A stretch of DNA of 63,557 nt, counting the filler, from Pirum gemmata (Eukaryota), in the NCBI GenBank assembly GCA_002812295.1. It is 22 parts of 22 records of this genome, joined end to end, with 100 filler letters (N's around TTAATTAATTAA, not from the genome) between each part and the next. Parts side by side here need not be neighbours in the genome. Positions count along the whole stretch, not along the records: positions 11,453 to 14,046 come from PDIN01005418.1; positions 14,147 to 16,718 come from PDIN01005420.1; positions 16,819 to 19,455 come from PDIN01005421.1; positions 19,556 to 22,808 come from PDIN01005422.1; positions 22,909 to 25,482 come from PDIN01005423.1; 17 more parts are not named here. The stretch is one strand, 5' to 3'. Of this stretch, positions 12,312 through 25,059 are shown piece by piece. Both the position numbers and the translations under genes were made by a program. The first letter of the stretch is position 1. The number at the start of each line of letters is the position of its first letter. The notes under the pieces are model-generated. The model ran no database searches, was not told the DNA's origin, and worked only from the letters and a program-made list of their open reading frames with translations.

Positions 12312-13788
12312 TTACGGAAGGCCCTCTGTTAGTTTAATAATCTCATCTTTATGTTGAGGAAATTGTTGCAACAATGTTGCCCTGGACCCAAGTTCAAAAT
12401 CTTCAAACACAAACCCCTGTCCAAAAAAAAAATGAAAAGCAAAATTCATGTGAGTGCGTAATTAGCACTCGTCAGAACAGTATTATTTCACATGGGTAAA
12501 AACTACAAACGTTTTTTCCATTAAGTTAAATTATCAAGACATTACTAAAGTAAAGAATTAGGTTAGGGTTAGGGTTAGGGTTTAGGTTAGGGTTTATTAG
12601 AAATTGGGAGAATTAGGAACTGGGTTACGCTTGTGCTTATGGGTATGGGTGTGCTTATGAACATAATAATAATATTCTAGACCATACCGGATTAACTTGA
12701 CATCCTATCAGTGAATATTTTGAGTTCTCTTGGGGGTAAAACCCAAACCAATTACCTGCTTTTACAGTCTGAGAAGAAGTAAATGTTATTTGTATTAAAA
12801 ACTAGAACGATAAATAATAGAATTGTTAGGGTTAGGAAAAATAGTAATAAAACTAATAAAACTAATAATTACTTAGAAAACTAATAAAACCAATAAAACC
12901 AATAAAATTAATAAATCTAATAAACNNNNNNNNNNNNNNNNNNNNNNNNNNNNNNNNNNNNNNNNNNNNNNNNNNNNNNNNNNNNNNNNNNNNNNNNNNN
13001 NNNNNNNNNNNNNNNNNNNNNNNNNNNAATTGTTAGGGTTAGGAAAAATAGTAATAAAACTAATAAAACTAATAATTACTTAGAAAACTAATAAAACCAA
13101 TAAAACCAATAAAATTAATAAATCTAATAAACTTAATAAAAACTAATAAAACTAATAAAACTAATAAAACTAATAAAACTAATAAAGCTAATAAAACTAA
13201 TAAAACTAATAAATCTATTAAACATAATAAAACTAATAAAACTAATAAAACTGATATGAGAAGTAAAACTAATAAAACCAATATAAATTAATGTAAATCA
13301 ATGTAAATTAATAAGTAATAGTAATATTAATAATTATAATAATCATACTGATAAATTAAATAAAACAGTATCATAATATTTCCCAAAAAAAAAAACACAC
13401 ACACTAATACTAAACAAGTAAAACAATAAAAAAAACAATAATATCTATAACAACGTAGCACGTACATATTGAACTTCCTGACCGTTAAACACATCCTGAC
13501 CGATCGTCACTTGTTCCAGTGATCCATTTGGCGTTATAATTGATAATGTGAATGGATCTTTAAACAAAAGAGAGACGAAGTCAAATATAATAATATCTTC
13601 AAAATTCAATACACAAATACATGATAATTACAAAAAGTAGAAATACAAAGGTAAATAACAATACCTAAGTTAAATAAACTAGAATAATAATTAGTATTAA
13701 ATGGAATAAACGAATTAGCAAGATTCTAACCTCCTAAATAAAAGTGAAAAGTTTCATCAGATTGGCAAAGGCGATGAATTCTACTTAT
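12312..13788 (-). CDS. Cupin_5 / DUF985 family protein (yeast YML079W/Cff1-like), 5'-truncated, 4 exons: 13788-13731, 13557-13466, 12768-12688, 12416-12312
   Basis: GT-AG splicing with consistent phases gives ISRIHRLCQSDETFHFYLG-DPFTLSIITPNGSLEQVTIGQDVFNGQEVQY-TVKAGNWFGFYPQENSKYSLIGCQVNP-GFVFEDFELGSRATLLQQFPQHKDEIIKLTEGLP*, matching DUF985 hallmarks HRL..DE.(W/F)HFY.GDP, G.WF, L.GC.V.PGF.F.DFEL. Missed by the ORF track. Confidence 0.9.
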
Positions 13789-14970
13789 CTGCATAAATTA
13801 ATTGAAATATATTATGCTGTTATACAGATAATTCAATTTCATAATAGTAGTAATAGTAGTAGTAGTAATAATATTGATAATAATATTGATAATAATAATT
13901 ATGAATGATTTTGGTGGGTGAGGATTGAAAAATGAGGATTGCCGATTGACCATTGTCGATTATGACGATGATGATGATGGTAACAGTAATAACAGTAATA
14001 ATAATGACAATGATGATGATAACAACAACAACAACAACAACAACAANNNNNNNNNNNNNNNNNNNNNNNNNNNNNNNNNNNNNNNNNNNNTTAATTAATT
14101 AANNNNNNNNNNNNNNNNNNNNNNNNNNNNNNNNNNNNNNNNNNNNTTATTATTATTATTATTATTATGTAAAAAGAAAAAGAAAAACATTTTGTATTTA
14201 TAATAATGACTAATAATGTATATTAATATAATATAATATTATGACTAGAAACTGGTGGAGCTAGTAGCTGTAGAAAAACAGTTACTAGTCTAAATTTTCC
14301 AAACGCATTTTTTTTTTTTTTTTAATTTTGAAAGAAAAATCTGATTAAGGGTACGAAAAGGCTGTTGCTTCATAAGAATAATTGATCAAGGTGATTATAA
14401 TAATATATATTATTATTATATTATTATTGTGATATATAAAGAATAGTAATAGTAGTAGTTGAAATGTATATCTGATTGTGTGGTTTTTTAGTTTTATGAT
14501 TATGATTTATGTTGTAGGTTGTTTATGTGGTTTCTGTTGTAGTATTTTGCTATTGACATTTGCTGGTGTTTCTAGATTAATTTTTTTTTAATTTTTTTGT
14601 ATTCCATAATAACAAATGGAATACTTATTGCTAATGTATAATGACATACTACCAAGCCTATTGATTTCATTCGGGGGTATTTTTAGGGTTAGGGTTAGGG
14701 TTAGGGGGTATTTTTTAAACATGTTTATATAGTCCAAATCGCTCGCCAGACAAACAAGTAACCCTAACCCTAACCCTAACCCTAACAGGGTTAGGGTTAC
14801 TTGTTTGTCTGGCGCGATGCAATGAAATGGTTTTCTTCTTTACAACTTTACATGAAGATACCTCCTGGTTATGATGCACTCCCAGGGGCCAACAGTTACT
14901 GTGTTCTACCCCAAGCCTTGATGCCAGGTCTTAATTAAACAATCCAATCATGTTTGGAATGTTCTTATTG

Positions 14971-15259
14971 TTAAACTGAGCCTAAAGGAATCATCCTGTT
15001 TGGACCTAGTTTATCTTGTACTTAAGGCTTTCACATGCCCGCTCAACACACTCCCTCACGTAGAGGCTTAATAATTTATGGGACTTTTATTTATCGGCTT
15101 ACATCTAACCATTGTGACTTTGCGGGAATCGAACCCTGGACCTTTGGGTCACGTGACATTTATGACTGCGAATCTGTTAATTAAACTGAGCCAAAAGGAA
15201 TCATCCTGTTTGGACCCAGTTTATCTTGTACTTAAGGCTTTCACGTGCCCGCTCAACAC
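14971..15259 (-). mobile_element. Putative tRNA-derived SINE-like sequence with 79-bp direct repeat (14971-15049, 15181-15259)
   Basis: Reverse-strand B-box GGTTCGATTCC at about 15125-15135 in a tRNA-like context; repeat copies differ at about 3 positions. Confidence 0.45.
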
Positions 15260-15260
15260 G

Positions 15261-15337
15261 GGGCTGCGAAGTGGCGCAGTGGTTATTTGGTTAACAACCT
15301 GGATCCGGAGGTATTGGGTTCGAATCCCCCTGACCAA
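15261..15337 (+). mobile_element. tRNA-derived SINE head or tRNA pseudogene
   Basis: A-box TGGCGCAGTGG (15272-15282) and B-box GGTTCGAATCC (15317-15327) at tRNA-like spacing; acceptor and anticodon stems do not pair well. Confidence 0.55.
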
Positions 15338-16818
15338 GACGAAGACCGTCTATAAATTTAAATACAACATAAAAGTCCAAATATCGTTGTCCCAATAACA
15401 GTCGGGGTTTTCCAATAATTTCCCNAACTCCCATCAGATAAATAAAAAACAAAAAATCGACTCTGATAATTATAAAGGAGTTTGGCTTCAAACAAAGCAG
15501 TTATGATCCATGTTTATACTGGTGTCATTGTGATGGTTCTCTTTTCTTGCTCACTCTCTGGACAGATTATCTGCTACTAGCTTGTGCTAAAGTTGCTATT
15601 ATCAACAAGTTTGAAGACTTTTTAGCTGCCAAACATGACATCAAACGGTTAGGGCTCGCTAACTGGATTTTGGGGATTAAAGTTCATCAGGGTAAAGGGT
15701 TCATCTAACTAAATCAATCAAAATATATTCAGGATATTATCGCTTGTTTTCGTATGACTGACTCGAAACCAGTTCGAACAACCGGGTTTGAGCACTCTAG
15801 TGATGTTTCTGCACAACTTACTCATCAATTTTTTCGCGCTGTAGTAGGCTGTCTCCTGTGCTTGTCTCTTATGTATATAGCTTTTTCTGTTAATAAGCTA
15901 GCAAGAAAATCTAGTTAGTCTGCAATTTCCTATTTGTTTCAAGCAGCTTTTGGGTGATTATTAAGTTTCAAATACAATGGAAATTTAATCCCACATAGGC
16001 CTGCATTTAGTTACGGATAAACTTTACCGAAATGAAAAATCGGAAATTCCATCCCATCTTCATTTTAATAGAGTTTATCCGTGCATGGTATTAATATAAA
16101 GCATTAAATTATGATTTTCTTTTCTCCATAAATCGGAAATTTCATCTCATCCGTTAGTCTGCAATTTCCAAGTTGTTTGAAGCAGCTTTTGGTGTTTATT
16201 AAGTTTCAAATACAATGGAAATTTAATCGGAAATTTCATCCCATGTTCATTTTGATATAGTTTATCTGTGCATGCTATTAATATAAAGCATTAAATTATG
16301 CTTTTCTTTTCTCCGAATTAATAAATCGGAAATTTCATCCCATCTTCGTTTTTGTAATAAAGTTTATACCATATAAAGTAGTAATTAAATTATGATTTTC
16401 TTTTTTACTTTAACAGACTCCGCTTTAATAACTCTATATTATAATATATATGGTGGAAATTTCGTAGTTTACAAAAACTACGAAATTTCCACCATCGCAT
16501 TAAATGTCTTTGAAGCAGCTTTTTTTGTTAATTATATTACCATATTATAACATTCTAATATGGTAATATATTTAACCCTAAACTTTACCCTCGCCCTAAA
16601 CTTAACGCTAACGCTAACGCTAACCATAATAGAAACGGACTGCATTAGATTTGCATAAATTTTCTTCCATGCGAACTATGCAGTTATACCCTAACCCTAA
16701 CCCTAACCCTAACCCTAANNNNNNNNNNNNNNNNNNNNNNNNNNNNNNNNNNNNNNNNNNNNTTAATTAATTAANNNNNNNNNNNNNNNNNNNNNNNNNN
16801 NNNNNNNNNNNNNNNNNN

Positions 16819-17345
16819 TAATCTTTAAATTGACATTTTTAAATCAATGAATAGATAATAAAATATACCAAAGTAAATAAAATGGATTTATATTGTATTT
16901 ATTTGGTACAATTTATTGTATATTTTTATGATAACAAAACAACTGAAAAGCACTATAGTCTAATTATCATAATATTATATTATAAGTGAGTCCGTAAGTT
17001 TGTGTTTTTCCAGTTCAAAACTGAAATAAACTTAGACTATCATACTAACTGAACCCCTAAACCCCACCCTGTCTACCAAACTATTATCGATATTATGGTT
17101 AAAAAAAGTTAAACTAGACTATCAGACACTTAACCCTAACCCTAACCTTAACCCTAACCTTAACCTTAACCTTAAAACCCTAACCCTAACCCTAACCCTA
17201 TTAAATTTTATATATAGTGCTTTTCAGTTCAGGATAAAATATACAATAAATAGTACCAAATAAATACAATATAAATCCATTTTATATATATTGGTATATT
17301 TTATTATTTATGTATTGATTTAAAAATGTCAATTTAAAGATTATA
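16819..17345. repeat. Inverted pair of dispersed repeat family B (16819-16956 vs 17212-17345)
   Basis: Arms are reverse complements (TATAGTGCTTTTCAGTT...AAAAATGTCAATTTAAAGATTA); other family B pieces near 543, 4256, 45485-45620, 54165-54350, 54840-54960, 55700-55835. Confidence 0.75.
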
Positions 17346-18038
17346 ACCCTCCAAATAAATATTAATTAAGAGTGACAAAATTAATGAAAAGCAAGATACT
17401 AACCCTAACCCTAACCCTAACCCTAACCCTAACCCTAACCCTAACCCTGACCCTAACCTTAACCCTAACCCTAACCCTAACCAAATTAAATACTTGATCG
17501 AGACTAATTTTATGATAGATAATTTTTTAAAAAAGATAAGACAAGGTCCTTGGATAAGAGGGTGAGATATCTACTGGAACTTTTTTCGAACAGAATCTGA
17601 TGCTTATCGAGCCAACATTAGTTCCGTGTTCTTTACCAATAATAGCAGTTAAATAGCTTAAAATAGTAATCTAATTATAATATATACCAATTAAAGTATT
17701 ACTATTAACATTAATAGTAATAAAAACCATAAAATCGGAAAAGTTCCGACAGCTGTTCGGTAATAATAAAATGACGTCATCTCACCCCTACTGACTAAGA
17801 TAAGTCTCAGTCGTAGAGTCGACTATCATAGTAGAGTCTGGGAGTAGGGCTCAGCCGTTGTCTGTTGGGTTCAGTCTGTTGGTGGTGGAACCTTATTTAG
17901 TTCCTCCTTTCAACCAATCGATTGCGTTGTTTTCTCCTTTTGTTACCGCTAATTAGTCTGCTCGGGAACCTGTAACAGATCACTAACAGATCCTAGTTAG
18001 CTTCTAGGATAGCCTTTACTAGGCCTTTACTAAGTTTA

Positions 18039-18314
18039 GGGAGCGTTCAATAATTACGTAACGCCGATTTGGACAAAAACCTACCCTACTACCCCCATGT
18101 AACGACCTATCACGTTTGAGAAGGACTACCTACCCCTTATGACGTAACGATTTGGAAAAATAGTACCCTAAATTACCCCTCATGTTATATATATATATAT
18201 ATAGGGGTATAATTTTTTTNACGAAAACCTACCCCCCTACTGCGTCACGGCCTGTCACAAAAATCCGACCCCCCCTACCTACCCCCCAGCGTTACGTAAT
18301 TATTGAACGCTCCC
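18039..18314 (+). mobile_element. PIF/Harbinger (Tourist-like) MITE, 276 bp, perfect 26-bp TIR
   Basis: GGGAGCGTTCAATAATTACGTAACGC ... GCGTTACGTAATTATTGAACGCTCCC with TTA target-site duplication on both sides. Confidence 0.92.
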
Positions 18315-20538
18315 TTAGCACTGGTCCTCTACTACTACTAGTCAATGGCCAATGGCTGCATAGTTGTTGCATCCCGAAATTTGGGTTTTTTTTAAAAGCT
18401 AACTATTAGACTGGATCTCTAGCTAGAAACATTCAGACTCTTCAAATAATACGTCACGTCAAGGAGTAGGTAGGTAGGTGGTATTTGACCGGAAATTAAT
18501 GTTGAGGGGTAGGTAGGTTGGGGTATTTGAAGCTGTATTGGTGTTACACTCCCTAATCAGGCATTTTATAGTCATTTTATTCTCTTTACGTATATTTTAC
18601 GTATAGTTTTGCGTATAGAAAAAGAGGAATGCTTATGTACGAAACTACGAATCTGTATGATCTACCAAAAACATCCGACTTTTGGGTTTCACTATAATTT
18701 CAGTTTTCGAATATAAGTAATGTAATAGTTATTGGCCCAAAATACGCATAAATAAAAAAAAAAAAAAAAATTGAATAGATTTGAAATATTCGAATACATA
18801 ATTTTTAAAAAAAAAGAATGTGTAAAAAAAGTACTGGACGTTTTTAGAGGCTACTTTGCAGAGTTCAAATAACACGTCACGTGACTCACGTCAAGGGGTA
18901 GGTAGGTAGGTGGTATTTGACCGGAAATTAAGGTCAAGGGGTAAGTAGGTAGGGGGTATTTGAAGCTGTATTTGACCGGAAATACCAGGGTAGGACGGTA
19001 GACTAGGTAGAATCCTTTTTTTCTTTTTAGGTGGCCGCCTCCATGATCTTTTTTTGATTTTTTTTTTTTATTAGAATAGACTAGAGGGAACGTTCAAACA
19101 ATACGTCACGTCAAGGGGTAGGTAGGTAGGCGGTATTTGACCGGAATTTAACGTCAAGGGGTAGGTAGGTAGGGGTATTTGAACTATAGACTAGCTAGAG
19201 ATGAGTGACGTCATCTTAAACTCTATATGGCCCCTCTCGTATATTAAATCGGTTATTTTAATTATAAATGAGAGGTGTTAAATACTAAAATATTTTGATT
19301 TTTTTAAAAAAAAAATATCATAACTAGACTAGAGAGACCCTGTGTGTATCTGATACCATTCAATAGTTTACTATTCAATCCCTAACCCTAACCCTAACCC
19401 TAACCCTAACCCTAACCCTAACCCTAACCCTAACCGTACTCTACTAAGCTAGCTANNNNNNNNNNNNNNNNNNNNNNNNNNNNNNNNNNNNNNNNNNNNT
19501 TAATTAATTAANNNNNNNNNNNNNNNNNNNNNNNNNNNNNNNNNNNNNNNNNNNNATCTTTGTTTGTTCTCGTGTTTGTTCGCGTGTTTGTTCGCGTGTC
19601 GGTTTGTGTGTTTGGTTTGTCTCAACAGTTGCTTTTTTGTTTGTCACAGAATCGTCCATAAAGGAGTAATTTAGTCTATTGTCAACCGTTAGAGCTACGA
19701 TATGAATCAGATTAATAGTAGGATTGGTACAGCACTGGTCTACTAGCTACCTTCTTTATTATCATATTATTTTTTTTAAAATTATTTGATATTATATATT
19801 GCCATTATATACTTATTATATTGATATATATTGATATATATTGATATAATATATTGATATAATATTATATTGATAGTTATTGATATAATATTATATTGAT
19901 ATGTATAATGATATTATGATTAGAATAAATCCCCCCACTTGAATATCTTTACTACTATCTTTATAATCTTTATGCCCTTTCACAGAGACACCTTTCACTG
20001 TTTCACATATCTTGTTTCACATAATTATAGTCTATTATAACTTCAAGATACATTTTTTTTCAAAATAATAAAAATTTTCAGCAAGGACCTTGAAAAAGTC
20101 CTAATAAGTAAAAGTCACCTAAAAAAAGTAAAAGTCACTCAGCTCAAAATGCTTTTTATATACCATACTCTTTTTATTTTTAGAAAACGAGGTCATAATT
20201 TTATAAATACATGTTATTACTACATATAGATATAGTTTATACTTTTATAGGAATTTTTAATAATCTATGGTTATAGGCCTATGGTTATCTAGCTAAACTT
20301 CTAGCTAGCAAAAATTTTTTTTAAAATTATAATATGGNCAAGAACAAGAACAAGAACAAGAACACGAACAAGAACAAGAACAAGAACAAGAACAAGAACA
20401 AGAATAATAACACTAACACTAACACTAACAATTAACAATAACAATAACAATAACAATAGCAATAACAATAACAATAACAATAACAATAACCATAGCAATA
20501 ACCATAGCAATAGCAATAACAATAACAATTACAATTAC

Positions 20539-20580
<42 letters not shown>

Positions 20581-21357
20581 TAATAATAATAATAAATAAT
20601 AATAAATAATAATAATAACATGGAGATCTATGATAAGACAATAATAATTTTTATTTTTTTTATTTTTAGTCACGAGTTACAATTGTCTTCTCAATCTTTA
20701 ATTTGGTACCATTTAAGTGTAAAAGTGAACTTATTTATAATACACAACACAAGTTAAAAGTATCCAAATTAATTAAAACATACCCATTAGTTTAACTATA
20801 TTGATAATTAGGTATGTTTAGTACAATAGACTATTAGAAGTAGCTAGAGACCACCCGGTAGCTAGCCCAGTCTAGCTAGCTAGCTAGCTGTTAGAGACTG
20901 CTATCTTTTTCCTCTAAATATTTAATTTGGTACTGTTTAAGAATATATTGGATCTTTTTAATAAAATAAAATATTAAGTAAAAAATAGCAAATTGATCAA
21001 AACATGTCCAATAGTGTAACTATAATAATAATTTGGTATGTTTTATTTAGTTTTTGATCTTGAAGATAACTAGAGCTACTAGCTAGCTAGCTAGCTACTG
21101 CTAGGAATGTGATTACCCGTAGGTAGACAAAAAGAAGTTATAGACTACCAAATTAATTTTATTGCAGAGTTTTTTAATAAATTGGTATGTTTTATTAATA
21201 ATATTTTTTATCTAAAAAGTACAAATTATATATTTTTTGATACAAAATAAACAGTGACCCTACTGATAGATAGCGGTAGATAGTCTAGCTAGGTCTAGTT
21301 ACTAGTAGCCATCTTACCCATCTTACCTATCTAGTCTTACCTATCTAGCTAGCTAGC

Positions 21358-21398
<41 letters not shown>

Positions 21399-21555
21399 TT
21401 TATTATATAATAATAATAATAATAATAAAATAATATTTATTATTTATAATATCATAATAATAATAATAATAATTTATAACAATAACAATTATACCAATAA
21501 GAAAATAAACAACAACAACAACAAGAACAAGAACAAGAACAACAACAAGAACAAG

Positions 21556-21658
<103 letters not shown>

Positions 21659-21714
21659 TATAAAATGCGAGAAGTCTGAATTACATCCATATATATTTAT
21701 ATATAATATGTATT

Positions 21715-22003
21715 ATGGCTTTCGATAGTGCTGTTAACCCCAATATTAGGGATGATAGAAAAGTCACTAACGATGAATCAAACACTACTACAACCACAAT
21801 TACATCAACAGATGCATTGGGTATCGCAAAAGGAAGAAAAGTGAGGGATAAAGGTGAGCAGATTAGATATAGTGATGGTGGTGGGTTAGGGTTAGGGTTA
21901 GAGTTAGGGGAAATGAGAAATGATGATTTTGATGAAGAGGAAGAGGAGGAGGAGGATATTGATGATAATGATGATGGTGATGATGATGATGGTGATAATG
22001 ATT

Positions 22004-22066
<63 letters not shown>

Positions 22067-22808
22067 GTGGAGAAGAAGAAGAAGAAGAAGAAGAAGAAGA
22101 AGAAGAAGAAGAAGAAGGGGAAGAAGAAGGGGAAGAAGAGGAACGAAAAGATTTCGGTTATAGATTTGATAGCGTCAATAAAAAAAAAAAAAGATTTTCA
22201 AACGAAGTACCGATTACATTGAAGTATAAAGATCGTTATAAAGTAACAAGCAAAAAAAATAGCACCACCACCACCACCACCACCAACATTAATAATAATA
22301 ATATAGACAGTATTTTGTTTGATAATAATAAAAGCAGTGAATCTAGTAGCGATGATGAAGCTTATAATTTTTTTAGAATTGATAAAAAAAAAAAGACACC
22401 AACACAGACACCTACGCCTGAAATCAAACCAAAAGTTTTACGAACCCCGTCACTAACAAACTCTAGTTTGCGTGCAACAAAATCCAATGAAATAAGTAAA
22501 TCTTCAATCACAAAATCTTCAATCACAAAATCTTCACCAAAAGGGGCACCTCAAATTGTCACTCCTAATCGATTTAATAAAGGGCAACAATCAACTTTCA
22601 CTAGTACTATAATGGAAGATTCGGATGATGTTGACGTGGTTACTGCAACTACAAGCAAAGATCATAATGATTTGCAAACTACAAAGAGCATTTTAAGTTT
22701 GGATAATGATTTTTATCGAAATCGTCAAACTCGCAGCGTAAATAATATGAGCAGCCTAGGAGAGGATCATGGTCATAGTAATTATAATTATAATAATAGT
22801 AATAATAA
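21715..22808 (+). CDS. Acidic, low-complexity Ser/Thr-rich protein, 3'-truncated by scaffold end
   Basis: About 365 codons open with non-repetitive stretches between poly-D/E/T/N tracts and basic clusters (KKKKRF); no recognisable domain. Confidence 0.6.
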
Positions 22809-23036
22809 NNNNNNNNNNNNNNNNNNNNNNNNNNNNNNNNNNNNNNNNNNNNTTAATTAATTAANNNNNNNNNNNNNNNNNNNNNNNNNNNNNNNNNNNN
22901 NNNNNNNNACCCAAACCCAAACCCAAACCCAAACCCAAAAACAAACCCAAAAACAAAACAAAACAAACGAAAAGAAAATAAAAAATAAAAAAAATAAGCA
23001 AAATTTAATACATTTATTTTATCAAATCTTACAACC

Positions 23037-24551
23037 ATGAAAATAAATACCTTTATACTTGTTCTGGATTTTTTTGCAGTATTTGTGCTAGCAGATCATT
23101 TTTCCACAGGTACAGGCCAAGGAGATGCACCCACACAACAACCAACTAGAAAAATCAATGATGAACGTGTATTTGTACCTTTACCAAGTCTAAGAAAAAT
23201 ACTGAACAACATACCAAAACCATCATCACCAATTCACCCCACATCTGATGAACATCCAGACACCCATTACAAACCACCAACAAGAACTATCATCAATGCG
23301 AAAAATGACACAGAGACAGCAAATGATAGAAAACCTAAAACAAATGACACAGAAAAAGAAGATTTTTATTACAGCTTTGAACCCGCAGAGCATTGCTCAG
23401 AACATCAGTTGAAGCAATGTCCTCACTACGATACTAACCCGTGTGGTCAAGGTGAAATATTAAGAACCAGGCCTGGCAAATGTTGCCCAGAGTGTGTTTT
23501 AGAACATTGCACTGAAATGATTTTCCGTCAGTGTAAAGTTTTTGACAAAACAAAAAAAAACGTGTGTCCGGCTGGTCATACATTAAAAAAACTAGAAGGT
23601 AAGTGTTGCGAAGAATGTGTTAAAGAAAGGCATTGTGAGAAATTCACTTGCCCAGAAATAAATATAGAAAACGAACACGAACTCGAAAATTCTTTCTGTG
23701 GCTCGGATGGTTTAGTTTATGGCAAACGTTGTGCTTTGGACTTGTATGCTTGTACCAATTTTGGGCACGATCAAAATGGATTAAAATTCAAGGAGAAACA
23801 CATTGATAGCTTAAGCTGCGCTGACAATTTTGGACCTGAATTTGACCGAGGTAAACATTCTTAATTAATACTATTCTTTTTTCCATTTTTATACATAATA
23901 TATATTCAATTCGATTATATTTGTAAAAGTAAGAATGTTATTATTATCATTGTTCCTGTATAGTTATGTTCCAATTTTAATTATTATTAAATTTATATTA
24001 TTATTTTTTCTCCTTTAAATTTAGCTGTAAGCAAGCCCAAATGTACTCCTTGTACCCAACATAACGATCGCAATATACCGGTTTGTGGATTTGACGACCA
24101 AACATATTCTAATATGTGTGAACTGGTATACGCAAATTGCATAGCAGGGATCTATTTTATTAATGTAAAGCATACCGGCGCCTGTGCTAAACCTACCTTT
24201 ACCGAAGAAGAAATAGAAGATTTAGTGAATTTAGCCAATAACGATCAACCTAATGTTGAAGAAAGCTCTAATGTAAACATCGCTAGCACTAGCAGGACCA
24301 GTTTAAGCACTAGCAGTTTAAGTACTGGTGCTATAGTTGGAATTGTGATGGGATCTCTTGCAGTTTTGCTGATTTTAGTTGGTCTTGTAACTTTTATATT
24401 AATGAAAAATAACAAAAATACTGCCCATGATAAAGATGAGAATAATGTAGAAGCGCAAGAAAACTCGTTAACAAACTCTGATGAACCTGATGCTGTATTA
24501 AAATCCAATACAATAACGAGAGGAGGAGAAACATACCGCCAATTTACCTAA
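23037..24551 (+). CDS. Type I membrane protein (~446 aa) with Cys-rich repeats and two Kazal-type domains; exons 23037-23850 and 24025-24551
   Basis: Signal peptide; two C..(P/E)GKCC(P/E)EC repeats; Kazal motifs FCGSDGLVYGKRCAL...C and PVCGFDDQTYSNMCEL...C...GAC; phase-1 GT-AG intron joins the two ORF-track ORFs; TM helix GAIVGIVMGSLAVLLILVGLVTFILM; tail YRQF. Confidence 0.88.
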
Positions 24552-25059
24552 ACAAAACAAATTAATAAACAAAATAATAATGGTAATTAATCTTTATACT
24601 TCTATATATATTTTGTAAATGAAACTAATTAATTTTAAAAACTCAATAAAAAACCAAGTTTCCTAATAATAATGAATTGGTAGTTTTTAGGACAAAAAAA
24701 ATAAAAAATAAACAAACAAATAACACAATTTTGTTTATTATTAATTTCATTTAAAAGATTGTATTATGTTATTTCATAAACACTGAATGTTCTTATACAA
24801 CTGATTGATAATAATAACGAAATTGTAGTTTTTAGATATAATATTATATAATATACCAAAGTAAAATAAAAAAATTAAAGCCTTTATTTATTATTTTATA
24901 AACATCCAAGAATTCTGAATGTTCTACTGCGTATATCAAGCTAATAATCATTAAAAGTTCAAACCCTTGCTTTGTTCTGTTTGATAATACGTATATGTAC
25001 TCAACAAGTTTTTTTACAAAAAAAAAATCTTGATAATTTTTAAAAAATATATAGCTCTA

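Larger units (their letters stand above)
14845..15915 (+). pseudogene. Degenerate Ty1/copia reverse transcriptase, interrupted by an insertion at about 14930-15460
   Basis: Translated fragments YMKIPPGY..YCVL, FGFKQSSYDPCLY, KRLGLANWILGIKV..LNQSKYIQDII..F.M.DSKPV, FRAVVGCLL..IAFSVNKLAR follow copia RT motif order; stops and frameshifts present. Confidence 0.85.

Noticed and set aside
12826..13130. Direct repeats flanking an internal N gap (also 46466-46540 vs 46806-46870)
   Set aside because: Likely scaffolding overlap artefacts.
15261..15337. Functional tRNA gene
   Set aside because: A and B boxes are present but the cloverleaf stems do not pair.
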